A stretch of 32,008 nt of DNA. Origin: Basidioascus undulatus. Its lineage: Eukaryota. The translations under genes were made by a program, and so were the position numbers. Below, one piece after another: positions 1-10,559 of this stretch; within the stretch, counting starts at the first letter, position 1, and every line of letters starts with the position of its first letter. The stretch lies in assembly GCA_000826855.1 (NCBI GenBank), contig JTLS01000096.1:1-32008 (forward strand). The letters are read 5' to 3'. The notes beneath the pieces were generated by a model. The model did not search any database. It was not told the origin of the DNA and was given only the letters and a program-made list of their open reading frames with translations.

Positions 1-646
1 GGACTGCGCGGTGGTGGGAGGGGACGTTGGGGGCGCGGAAGGGAGGATGCGGTTGAGGAAGCTCGAGAAGATGGAAGGACGCTAGTTGGACCAAACGAAT
101 CCCAATCAGTTCCTGCAGCCTCAGCATGGGAGAAGTACAAACACGCACCGAAGTCCTCTCCCTCTGGATCTCCCTCCTTTCCCTCGTCGGCGGCCTGACC
201 GTCACCGGCGGCGCAGGCGGGGGTCCCGCTGGCGCCGGCGGCCTTGAGAGCGGCCCTAAGTCAGCGTGCGGCCCACCGCCGCTCGTAGCCCTGGGCCGGC
301 TCTGGGTCCTGTGGTGGTTCCGCTGCCTCACGGGCAAGCTGCTCGTCGTGGGCAGCGGGGGCGGGGGCGGGGAAGAAGGTCCGGATGCAGCGGATGCAGG
401 TGCAGGTGCGGGTGCGAGGCGGGGTACGAGGTTCTCAGCGTCGCTGTTGCTGCTTCCCTCCAGGTTGCTGGCCGGGAAGCGTTTCTTTCCCGCCAGGCTG
501 ATCTCGGTGCCCGCCGGCACGGCGAGACGAGAGGACCCTGCGCGGGAGACGGACCAACCTCGCCGGCGCGTCGGAGGCGGCGCAAGGAGCGTCGTCGTCG
601 TCGCTGAGCCCGCCGCGGCCGTCGTCGTGGCCGTTGCGGTCGCCAT
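1..646 (-). CDS. 5' part of a spliced gene running off the left edge; low-complexity Ala/Thr/Pro/Ser-rich N-terminus, product unknown
   Basis: ATG at 646 (MATATATTTAAAGS...). Exon 646-149 is 166 codons, followed by a 67-nt GTGCGT...CTAG intron (148-82). Exon 81-1 continues in frame (RPSIFSSFLNRILPSAPP). A CT-rich leader lies upstream on the minus strand. Confidence 0.6.
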   Translation of the reverse strand, partial: MATATATTTAAAGSATTTTLLAPPPTRRRGWSVSRAGSSRLAVPAGTEISLAGKKRFPASNLEGSSNSDAENLVPRLAPAPAPASAASGPSSPPPPPLPTTSSLPVRQRNHHRTQSRPRATSGGGPHADLGPLSRPPAPAGPPPAPPVTVRPPTRERREIQRERTSVRVCTSPMLRLQELIGIRLVQLASFHLLELPQPHPPFRAPNVPSHHRAV

Positions 647-3600
647 TGAAGCGAGCGTCGGGGGTATGGGGAATGGGCGGTATCAAGCAGGGGGTGGGGG
701 TGTTGGTAGCAAGCGAGCGTGGTGTTACGGGGTATGCTGGTTATAAGGATGCTGATGGTGGGAGTATGAGGGAAAGAAGGAGCGAAAGGAGTGAACCATT
801 CAGGGACTAGTATGCAGCAGATTGCAGACTGCGACAGCCAGCCTCACACGACGAGTCGGCGAAGGGGGTCAGCCAGGGGGCGCAGGGCGTACGCTCCTTA
901 ACCGACGACACACGCAGCGCAGACCAGCAGACTGTGAGCCCCTCTCAACCTGAAATACCAGGAAAATCTGCATGTTCTCGCACCTGAAATCACCGCATAC
1001 TCTGATCGAATAGGCCCGGATTTGTCGGGGAGCGGGCAAGACGAAGCTGGCGATGTGCAGCGTACAAGAGGCGAGCGAAGCGCAACAGAGCAGAGCGGCC
1101 GGGCCGTCGTGTCAGGCGAGAAGGTTGCTCGGAGACTGCGTTTGACTGCAACCCCTTGAACAACCCTTGACACTCGCTGAAACGCACTGTAATCTGTCAC
1201 TTCAAACCGGTTACTGTTGTCTGACACCTTCGCCTGACGCGTACACCTGCGCCTCTGCGCCTCTGCCGTGCATTTTCACCGGACCACTTCAACAACATTT
1301 GAACACGACGATGAGACGCTGTCGGTCCTTTTAAAAATCATAACCACCTCGACCGCATCCGCCAGCCTCGACGCTTGGACGTCGCCCCTAGGGCGAGGCC
1401 CGGGTCCGAGGCACAACAGTCGCAGGCGTGTGCAGGCGTGCGCTAACAAGTCTCTCCAGCGGGGGTGATTGTACCTTATGCACAATCCGCGCAAGAGCAC
1501 TCGCTGCTCGGCTAAAAGGCGCAGAGTTTCCAATGTGATGTGTGATATTGCTGGTAGGTCCCGGCGGTGTGCACAAGAGCTAGGGGGAAGAGATAAGCGA
1601 AGCGCTGGCTTGGGGGGAAAGAGCAAGTGCGACGATGCAGGCTGCGCGTTCAACACTCCATGCGGTCCTGTAGCGCTGCATATGCTCTATGCGGACAGAA
1701 TGCATATGGTCTTTAGGTGTATAGCCGAGGTATACCTACACGTTCAGCAGTTGATACCTAGCAGCTGCCCGGAGACTCAGTCGAGAGGGCGCTCGCTGCT
1801 GCGCGAGGGCTCGTGTACTGCTGCCAAGTGCTGCGTGCTCAAAGTCCGGTTCCAAGCGTACACAGCGCTATAATGGGCTCCAATAATAGGTCGAATGCTT
1901 TGAAAACTGGACGGGTCAGCTGGAGCTTTAAGGCGGGCGCGCTGTGATTGGACCCCGAGCTTGGGAGATTCAATGCGTCGTACACACCCGTTGGCGACCA
2001 GAGGTGTGACTGCTACCTGAGGCAGTCTTGAAAGGCAATAGAACACCACCTGAGTGTCAAATATATGATGGGGACCGTTTCTCAACATCGGTAGTGCACG
2101 AGCGTTGACCTGGCTTCACCTCGCTTAGCACCGTTGTGTGCTGTAAGCCGACAGAGTGCGCCATGCACGCTTCATAGGGTTAGGGTTACATCTTCCACAA
2201 TATATACAGCAGTCACTGCCGCCCCGAAGGGCCACAGCGAGCAATCCAAATATTCAGAGAGTAGACGCGGCAGAAGCCGCGACCAACAGCTCGCCCTCCC
2301 GTAGGGCTGTGAGTCGCCGTGCGATGCGGGAAGGCTCACCGCGCCACCAAGGTTTGGTGAGCCCCGGATGGCCCCTCAAGGTAAGTATGAGATGTAATGA
2401 AAGGCGCGAGGGCGGGTGATGAGGGGGAGGGGGACGCACGGAACGGGCGCGTGGGACGGACTGCCCGGACGCTGCCTTTTGGGACTGCGGCTGGGCTGGC
2501 TGTAAATGGAGTTGTTGAAAATTTTCTGAAAAGAGTTTTATAGTTCAGTCGTCTCTGATCCAACTCTAGCCGTGAATGAAGAAAAACATCTCAACGTTTT
2601 TGATGCGATTCGAGGTCGTCAGGAAGCGCGGCAGCAGGCTGCCTTGATCACCAGCAGTGGGGCCCAAGCCTTACCAGCTACTCATCGTGCGAAAAAACTG
2701 GGGAATGTTGAGGTATAAGCGTTGGCAATCCGCGAAGATCTCCACCGGGTGGACCTTTCAACACTCTGCCTGCGAACGCGGGTCTCTGCATCCCGCGAGA
2801 GCCACGCCTTCGGCAACATCCCCTTTCTTGAATGCGCCCATTCTCCAATAAAGACATTGGGATGAGGACAGTACTCAGATGAAGCATCCTGGCATGCTGG
2901 TTCCCTCGCTGTGTTGCCCCGTAAGCCTGAGATAATACGATTACGAATCGCGATCGCTAGAGCCGCCAGCTTCTCCCTCAAGCGGTCCAAACAAGGCTGC
3001 AGCATCTGTTTCCGCAATCTCCATCGCCATCGCCACGAATCAGCTGTGGATGTGTGTACTGTAGTAAACCATGGACAACGCTGTCAACGCGTCGCGATAA
3101 ACGACAAAGGGGATCTTTCGCACGTACCGTCGCCGCCAACTCTTTGCACACTACGATTGATCCAGGATTGGCAGCGAGATATGCGCGGGGAGAGGAGATG
3201 AGTATGTATGGGTAGGAGCGGATGCAAAATGGCAGCGTCGGCCCGGCTGGCCCGCGCAGCAACAGCCGCAGGAGATTCACTGTGAGCCTCATCAGCTCGT
3301 CCTCAACATCTTGTTTTGAATCGTTCTGTACCTCTGTGGTCCCAATATTTTTTTACATGAGCCCCACAGTGAGCGCGACATGCGATTGTATTAAGTCTCG
3401 GAGGAAGCTGACACGGACCGATCACAGCCGGCGTACAACTGCTGTTCAGAACTGGTTTAAGCAGCGGTGTGAACGCGATCTTGTGAGTATCTGGTCTTCT
3501 TTTGTTATGTTGCAAGCGTACAAGCACGTTGAGTCTGCGCGGCTGGTGTAACTTGATAGTCTGATGCCTTCGAAGCGCTCAGCCGACTGACTCCCCTGGA

Positions 3601-3652
3601 GTCGCCCTGCCCTGCAGGCATCCTGATCGCTCACCGTCTCCGCCTGCCGACC

Positions 3653-4986
3653 ATGTTCAGCAACCTCCGATTTTGGGTATCCGGAAGTCAAGCAGCGCGC
3701 GGCGATGCGCAAGCTCCTCTGCGGGCAGGGCGGCTCGCTCACTCCGAAGGTGCACGACGCGACGCACTTCCTCCTCGCGCCCGCGCAGGTCGCGCACCCC
3801 GACCCCAACGACCTGTGGTACAACTCGCGAAGGTCACACCTCTTTGGGTCCGGGAGTGCGTGGATGCAGGGGAGCTACTGCTGGTCAGTGGCGGCGGCGA
3901 GGTGGGGGAGGTCGGGGGCAGGGGTGCTCAGGCGATTCGTGAGTCTCCAGGGCCTGCACAGATTGTCCGTAACGTTGCTCACCTACCCTCGAACGAAGAG
4001 TCTCTGCGCCGGTGACATCTTTCCGACGCCCGCTCCGCCACGCCATCCGAATCCGACTTCCCATCTTCCCACACCCGACCCAACTCCCTCTCCTGTCCTC
4101 TCTTCCGCGAACGTTCGCCCAATCGGTTCACCCCTATTACCTTCCTTCGACACCCTCGCCTCTCCTCTCCCACACACAAAGCCGTCCGCGTCCTCGTCGC
4201 GCCCGCCTGACGCACTCGCCGTTCCCGACACGACTCCTCGACCATTCGAGCGCGCGCGTGGCTCGTGGCCGGGCTTGGAGCCACTCCCGACACCTCAAGC
4301 GAGCCGTACGTTATCCCAGCGCTGATTCTTCCCCTTGATGCTGCGCTGACAGCCCGCCTCACGTCCCCAGCTACACCAAGCATGTCCCTCGCTCGCTTGC
4401 CCGCGTCTTCCGCTGAACCTCATCTTCCTTCGGCGCCGCACGGTAAGGCGAAAGCGGGGGACATCTTCGTCGACAACGACGGCGTCCCTCTCAAAGTCTT
4501 CATTCAACTGGGGTCTCCGTCCCGAGACGCATTGATAACCGCGATCGAGGTCCGCTTCCTCTCCCTTCGCAGAGTCCCTCGACCTATCCGCTCATGAATC
4601 GAATTGTTGTTTGGTGTTGTTCGCGCAGGCGGCGGCGGCTTAGCCAACACGACCTAGCTGGAGCGGCCGACGTCGTCCTCGTCGACCCGGGACTGATGGA
4701 CGAGGTCGCGGCGCTGCAGCGCAGGTTGTCGCAGTCGGACGACCCCCCGTCCATTCTGACGTTCGCGTGGGCGCTCGAGTCCGTCGAGGAGGGCACGCTC
4801 CTGCGGCCGAAGGAGTACAGCCTCGAGGCGGAGCAGAGGGGAAACGCTAAGGGAAAGGGGAAGGGGAAGCAAAGGGAGGAGGGGAAGAAGGACGAAGAAG
4901 AGGAATCATGCTTCGACAAACAATCTGCCCGAAACGTTGATGCTATTATGCTCCTCCAAGTGGAAAACACAAAGGCCCTATACTGA
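3653..4986 (+). pseudogene. Frameshifted tandem-BRCT protein gene (second BRCT resembles Rap1-type N-terminal BRCT)
   Basis: BRCT1 is split over two frames: MFSNLRFWV / PEVKQRAAMRKLLCGQGG..ATHFLL / VTPLWVRECVDAGELL. BRCT2 reads IFVDNDGVPLKVFIQ..RDALITAIE | GGG..ADVVLVDP..ILTFAWALESVEEGTLL..EY. Introns at 3939-3998 and 4550-4628. Frameshifts near 3680, 3826, 3895, 4300 and 4630-4650. Confidence 0.7.
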
Positions 4987-5612
4987 TCGAGCCTTAGGAC
5001 ATGTGCCGTAGCAGTTACAGCTCGCGAACGGCTTGGGGTGCTCACGTTCTTCGTGTGGACTGTGGTGTGCGAATGAGTCCGCCTTCTGAGCCCTTGGGCT
5101 GACTTTTTCTGTGTAGGACGGTAATAAGTCCCATAATAATACACACTTGTCCAGAGTAGACGCACTGCGGCCGTGCCAAGGAGCCAAGAGGCACTGCCCA
5201 AGCTTCCGCAGGCCCACGGAATGCCACAAAGTGATCAGCCACGGATCAAAGTTGTTTACAATCACAGCAGGTAAGCATTTCTAATATGTTCTAAAAACCA
5301 GCACATGTTCTTCTCCTCTTCGTGAACAGTAGCCAAGGCGGCTGCGGCTCAATATATGCAAACAGTGAAACAACTGCTACCGCCTTGACAACCAACAAGC
5401 TCTTCTAAGCGACTCTCGCTTGCAATCAACAGAGGGAGCAAATGACTGTTCACCTTAATCCAGTTCCCTATCGTAAAAAGCAAATCTGCCGCATTGGTCG
5501 CATATCCTGCACATGCATGCGAGTACACACGAGGGAGACGCTGCGCTCGTTTGCTCTTAGCAATTGCCTGGTATCTGCCACACGCCTACTCGCAACACGA
5601 CGAAATTTGTAG

Positions 5613-6474
5613 TCAAAGCAAGTCGAAATCCGAAAAGCCACATTCATCTCCCCCAATGTTTGCCTCCCCCTGCACCAGGACTTTGACCTTCCCACCCCCA
5701 TCCAGCAACCCCACGCCACAAACACAGCCCAGCCTCGAGAGCGTTTCCCCTGCCTGTACAGATAACAGTCCACTTCCAGTCCGCACCTCAGCCCTCCTTA
5801 GCCCCTTCGGCTCTTTCAAGCCCTTGAACGCCTGCTCGATCTTCCCTCTCCAATCCCACAGCGTCACGGGCGCCGGGAAATTTTCCTCCAATGTCAAATC
5901 CACTAATCCCAATAAGCCAGGCAGGACTTCCAGATAGTTCCTTCTTCACGTTTCCACTTCACGATCCAACGTCCAGCGCGGCTGTGCTCGTCCACGCGGG
6001 CGCGACAGCCCACAGGAGGGTCAATGGTTCAAGGGTGTTTGGGAATCGGATTCGAACAGACGTGGGGTTGAGGCCTCTGAGCGCCTTCATCGCTCCATCT
6101 TGCAGGCCGACATGCCGCCGACAGTCGAGGTCGAGGGAGCGAAGGTTGGAGTAGCCTGAGAGAACGCCTGCGAGGGACGGGGAAGAGACGAGGCGGAGAT
6201 GTTGCACGTATGTGCCGAGGTGCGGGGTCGTTCGAAGTATTCCCTGGGAGCTGGGAGACTTGGTCCGAGGTGGAAATATGGATGTGGGAGAAGACCCCCA
6301 GCCAGGGCTGGCCAGATGTGGCTCAGCGCGACGGGGGCAGGTTGTGAGAGGAGTGGGAGAAGGTAGGAGAGAATGCGGAGCTGGAGCTCGGGGGGAAGGG
6401 ACCGTCTGAAAAAAAGTAGACCTTCCTCGGTCAGTCAGGGAAGATATTTGGAGAGGAAGCACTGGAGATACCAT
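5613..6474 (-). pseudogene. Frameshifted F-box/LRR-like protein gene
   Basis: F-box motif SLPPELQLRILSYL starts at 6401. It continues as VFSHIHISTSDQVSQL and GILRTTPHLGTYVQHLRL..NLRSLDL in other frames, hits TGA at 5961-5959, then LEVLPGLLGLVDLTL to the stop at 5613. Probable ATG-only first exon (6474-6472) and 66-nt intron GTATCT..CTGAC..TTTTTTTCAG (6471-6406). Confidence 0.7.
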
Positions 6475-7140
6475 CGTGACGTTCTCGCACACACGCCGGT
6501 GAATAACAGCTCGGGGCACGTGTGTGTGTTTGTGTGTTGCGTTGCACTTCAGACAGTGAAAGCCATTTAAAAGAGGAGGTTCTGTAGGAAGAGGCTGAAC
6601 CAGACTTAACGGGGAGTTTTCGAGTATTGAAGCCGTGCACCGCTCGCGGGGTCTGAACCCCGGGCATCGGAGTCGACGGAGTGTCGGCCTCAAAGCATTG
6701 GGTTCACATTGAACACCGCTTTCGTAGCCAACCTTTATGTTGCGCGGAGCTTGGATTTGAAGTTCCGAATCATCTGGAATGTCTGATGTATGTGAAAGTA
6801 GTAAATGGAATGCCATGCAGAAACGACTTGTGCCACGGAATCAGCAAGATAGGAGCCACTGAAGGGATGGGAAAGCGGTGCTCAATCCAAAATTTATTCA
6901 ACCAAACAGCCCCAAAGAAAATCTATGTACTTTCCTTGGACGCTCTGCCGGTCGGTCAGACGGACGAGGGTCGTGAATGGAGTTCTCATCCGCAACTGAA
7001 CCCCATATCGAACTACGTGGCCGCGCCCACATTTCTGATCACAGATTGCGCGCCTCAACCACTTTCTCATGCAAAATCAAAGCGTAAGATTTTTCATTGT
7101 TGTTTTGAACAGTTTCCTGTGCCCTTTGCGAGCCCAAGCC

Positions 7141-7161
7141 CACGTGGGTCATTTGCACGTG
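7141..7161. promoter_or_regulatory. Two CACGTG E-boxes upstream of the 7241 gene
   Basis: CACGTG at 7141-7146 and 7156-7161; the second reads ATCACGTG on the minus strand. Both lie 80-100 nt before the ATG. Confidence 0.3.
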
Positions 7162-7240
7162 ATGCCCAGGCACAGCTCGTGTACCCCTTCGACGATGCCT
7201 TTCACACGCTGCATACTCTCCTCCTTCGACCGCTACCGCC

Positions 7241-7935
7241 ATGATCTCGCCTCAGCCTAGCATACACCCCATCTCCGAGGCTCATTTTTCCCTCAGGCCC
7301 GCCACGACGACCATCAACATACCCTCCGCCTCAACGACGGACAAGTGCAGGCCACCGAAGCGACCGTGGGACGCAGTCAGGCAGCTGGAGGAGGGGCTGG
7401 CGGAGCCCGATGGCATTGGAGGGGACGGAGAGGGGGAGAGAAGGGTCAGACGCTGCGAGAAGGTCCGCATGGGTGGTGCCGATGAGGTGCGCTCAGTTCC
7501 TTACCTGTCGGCAGGGTGAATGCGCGGGTCCTGACTGCAGTCCTGTAGCATGACGACGATGCTTCCATGTCGCCCCCGTCCCTCTCGTCGTCTCCTTCTT
7601 CCACCATCACCACCGCAACACCGAGTACCACCAACTCCCAATCCCTTCCCCCGCCCGACGTCCAAGTACTCCACCACCGCGCCTTCGATGCGCTCAACGC
7701 CTCCCTCTCCGCATCTGCGCTTGACTTTATCACCCGCATGCGGGTACTCGAGAGCGCCCGGCTTCCGCAAAAGTCCTCAATCTCCTCCTCAAATGGTCCT
7801 CATGCTGCGACCGGTTCCGAAGTGGACGCAGACAGCCTGTGCGAGATGTTTCGCGCGAGCGAGGTGGTGGACTATGAGAGCGTGCGGAGGTGGCAGGAAG
7901 GTGTGTGGGGAAATGTGAGTTCGCCGTCTGACTGA
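7241..7935 (+). CDS. Hypothetical protein, 2 exons, 210 aa
   Basis: accgccATG start context. Exon 7241-7486 (82 codons), 62-nt intron GTGCGC..CTGAC..TAG (7487-7548), exon 7549-7935 in frame to TGA. No recognisable domain. Confidence 0.65.
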
Positions 7936-9145
7936 CGACCTTGTGAGGACAACTGACTGGAGTTGAATGGGGGGAAAAGGAGGGGGAGTGCGGCGCGGAT
8001 GGGGAGCCGGAAGACTGGGCTTGGGGAGATCTGTGGGATTAGGCCTCGTTCACTGCAGCCGGTGCGTCCAGTATCGGAGCTCATCTCGCTTCGGGCTCCA
8101 GAAAGTTCAGCTTGAACGCTAATGACAGCGCTCTCGGTGTCTGTACAGCATATTTCTCATTCTGTTTATCGTCCAGCCTGACGACAGCGCCGTTCTCACT
8201 TCGTTCTTACTTTCCCTCACATGGCAAACCTGCGCAAACGTCATATTCAACCCACCCAAAAAGACATCGCTCATATCTTATTCCACTTCATATCTCTGAC
8301 GAATCATCATGTACCCCACGAACCCGCCCTGTTGTAGATCTAGACCTGATTCCTTTCTCTCGATGCAATTGCCCCTCTGGGGGCTTCGCTTCCAAAGCTC
8401 AAATATGTTTGGGCTCCGCCGATTCTATGTTCCGTGTCGAAGTTTGCGTCTCCGTATGTGGCCTTCAACGAACTATCGAGATGATCGATACGGTAAGTAC
8501 GCCTTCAAGCTGCGGAAGCAAGGGCTCGGAAACAACACTGACGATTCTGAGCGTCAACCGATTATACTCTGTAATGATGGTGTTGTGATCGCCTTTTGAG
8601 CCAGGAAAAAGCGATCGGCAGAACATGATATGAGACGCCTTTCGAGCGACGGTTGACTTCACCTCCGTACCTTCCAAGACGTTTGGATGGTCAGCCTGAA
8701 CCCCAGGCTTACTGCTCGCCCCAGGGCAGAAGGCGACTGGAGGCAGCCCGAATTTCGGTTACAAGTAGCTTTAGGCTCGGTCGAATTGGACAGCTTCAAA
8801 GGATGCAAGCGAACGCGGTCGTTCACTGCCCGCCCCGCTTCGCCTTCGTTGCCTTCTTCATCGCCGCTTCAACAGCCTCCTTGTGGTATCTATAGCCCTG
8901 TGTCCAGGCTGCCACGCACCTTCTCCCCTGTCGAACCTAAAAGGTGGATTAGTTTCCCTCCTGCTCCTTCAAGCTTCAGGATACCAGGTCGCGGACGCAC
9001 AGCCAAAGCCCTGCACGCAGCCGCGATGTTCCCGTCCGCCGCCTCGATGTAGGTGCCCACGTAAAGGCTGTCTTCGTTCGTCCAGCGCCTGTTTTTTCTG
9101 GCAAGTGAACAATTTTGGGGTTGTGCAGGCGGGCATCGTGTCAGG

Positions 9146-9674
9146 CTATCTGGTGTGAGGAGTGCGGGTTTCAAACGGGTGCCCACCGAGAGCGACTGGA
9201 GCCTTGCGCAGCTGCAGCTCGGAGATCTGCGACGTCGAGCCGGAAGAAGCTGGCGGGGCTTTAGATCTTCTATTCGTCTGAGAAGATAAACAGGGAACTG
9301 GGATTCGAATACACACGATGATCAAACAAGCTGCGCAGAGTTTCTGCCTCGAAGTCTTCACCCTGTGCGGGCGTTCCTGCGCGCCCACGTTCCTCCCCAA
9401 GGAACAATACCTTGTCCCTTAGGAGAACACAAGGGACTTCATCGGTCCTAATCACCATATCCACCAACCGCCCAACAGACTTTTCCCTTCCGCGCCCTCC
9501 ACGGTCGGGCCTCGCAGCCTTTTCCGCCTGGCGTACGAGCTGTTCCATCTCGACCTTATTGAGGCTCCACTTGACATTGAGGCTATTGGAAGAGTGACTC
9601 GGATAGTGCTCTTGCCTTTCCGATGTAAGCTCTTCATTGTCATGAACCCGAATAAACGGTGTGACAACCATCAA
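9146..9674 (-). pseudogene. Possible degenerate coding relic, faintly kinase-like
   Basis: Protein-like stretch VKWSLNKVEMEQLVRQAE...VPCVLL...LRSLFDHRVY, followed by stops. No intact catalytic motifs. Confidence 0.15.
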
Positions 9675-9819
9675 GTGCGAGCGCGTGCACGGCCTGCGAG
9701 ACGTTCGGATAGCGCTGTCTGTATTCTACCCCTGCTCAAGATGAAGCCCAAGCAACCAGTTTCATTTTCCATCGTGACTAACAGTGAAGCCTGTTCCCCA
9801 GGACAACGGCGCCTTCATC

Positions 9820-10559
9820 ATGCTCAACATCGCAGACGCCGCGCCGGTCATCCTCGACCTGACCTCGCCCGATGCGGTTGAGATAGCCTAGCAGGCGGAG
9901 CGTACTCAGGACCTTCTCCAGGGTGGGGGAGTCTGTAGAGCAAGGTCGTCGCCTCAAGGGCAAGGAGTGGGACGTTGCGTTCGAGGGCAAGGCGAGCGCG
10001 GGCGAGGGGTGAGATACCTTCTTTTCGCATCTCCACCAGGGGCACCCCTTTATTCAAATTTTCCTCTCTTAAAGAGAAGTGCATGAGTTTACCGGAGCCG
10101 ACATCCACGATGGACGAGCGCGACCGCCCCGAAAGCTGAACGTACACCGACAGCGCAAAGAGCGGGGTTGCTGGAGCGGCAGAGTCGCGGTTCGATGCCG
10201 GTACGCTCGGAGGAGAAGGGCTGGCGGTGCGGAGTTCGTGTTGATCGAAGCTGTTCCTGACAGCTTTCCCCCTTGAGCGGGCTGTAAGTGACCTTCTTGC
10301 ACCCCGAGGAGTGACACGCCGAAACAGCAGCGACTCACCATCGTACTTCCAGCCCCGAAGCCTCAGACTCATTCCCCCCCATCCCATTCGCATAGTCTCT
10401 AACCCAGCGCACATTCCTCCTCTTTGGGCTACAAGCCTCGAGCTCTTCGCCGTTGTGGCACACGACGACGGCCGCGTCGTCCAAGAGCTTCACGAGCTGC
10501 GCTCCGATGTCCTTGAGGGAGTGGATGAGCTGCGAGCGAATTTTTGGGGGGGGTTGTAG
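9820..10559 (+). pseudogene. Possible degenerate coding relic
   Basis: GC-rich, codon-like segments (MLNIADAAPVILDLTSPDAVEIA*, RLKGKEWDVAFEG, SLELFAVVAHDDGRVVQELHELR) broken by stops and frame changes. Confidence 0.2.

Noticed and set aside
126..746. 206-aa plus-strand ORF
   Set aside because: Antisense shadow of the spliced minus-strand gene starting at 646.
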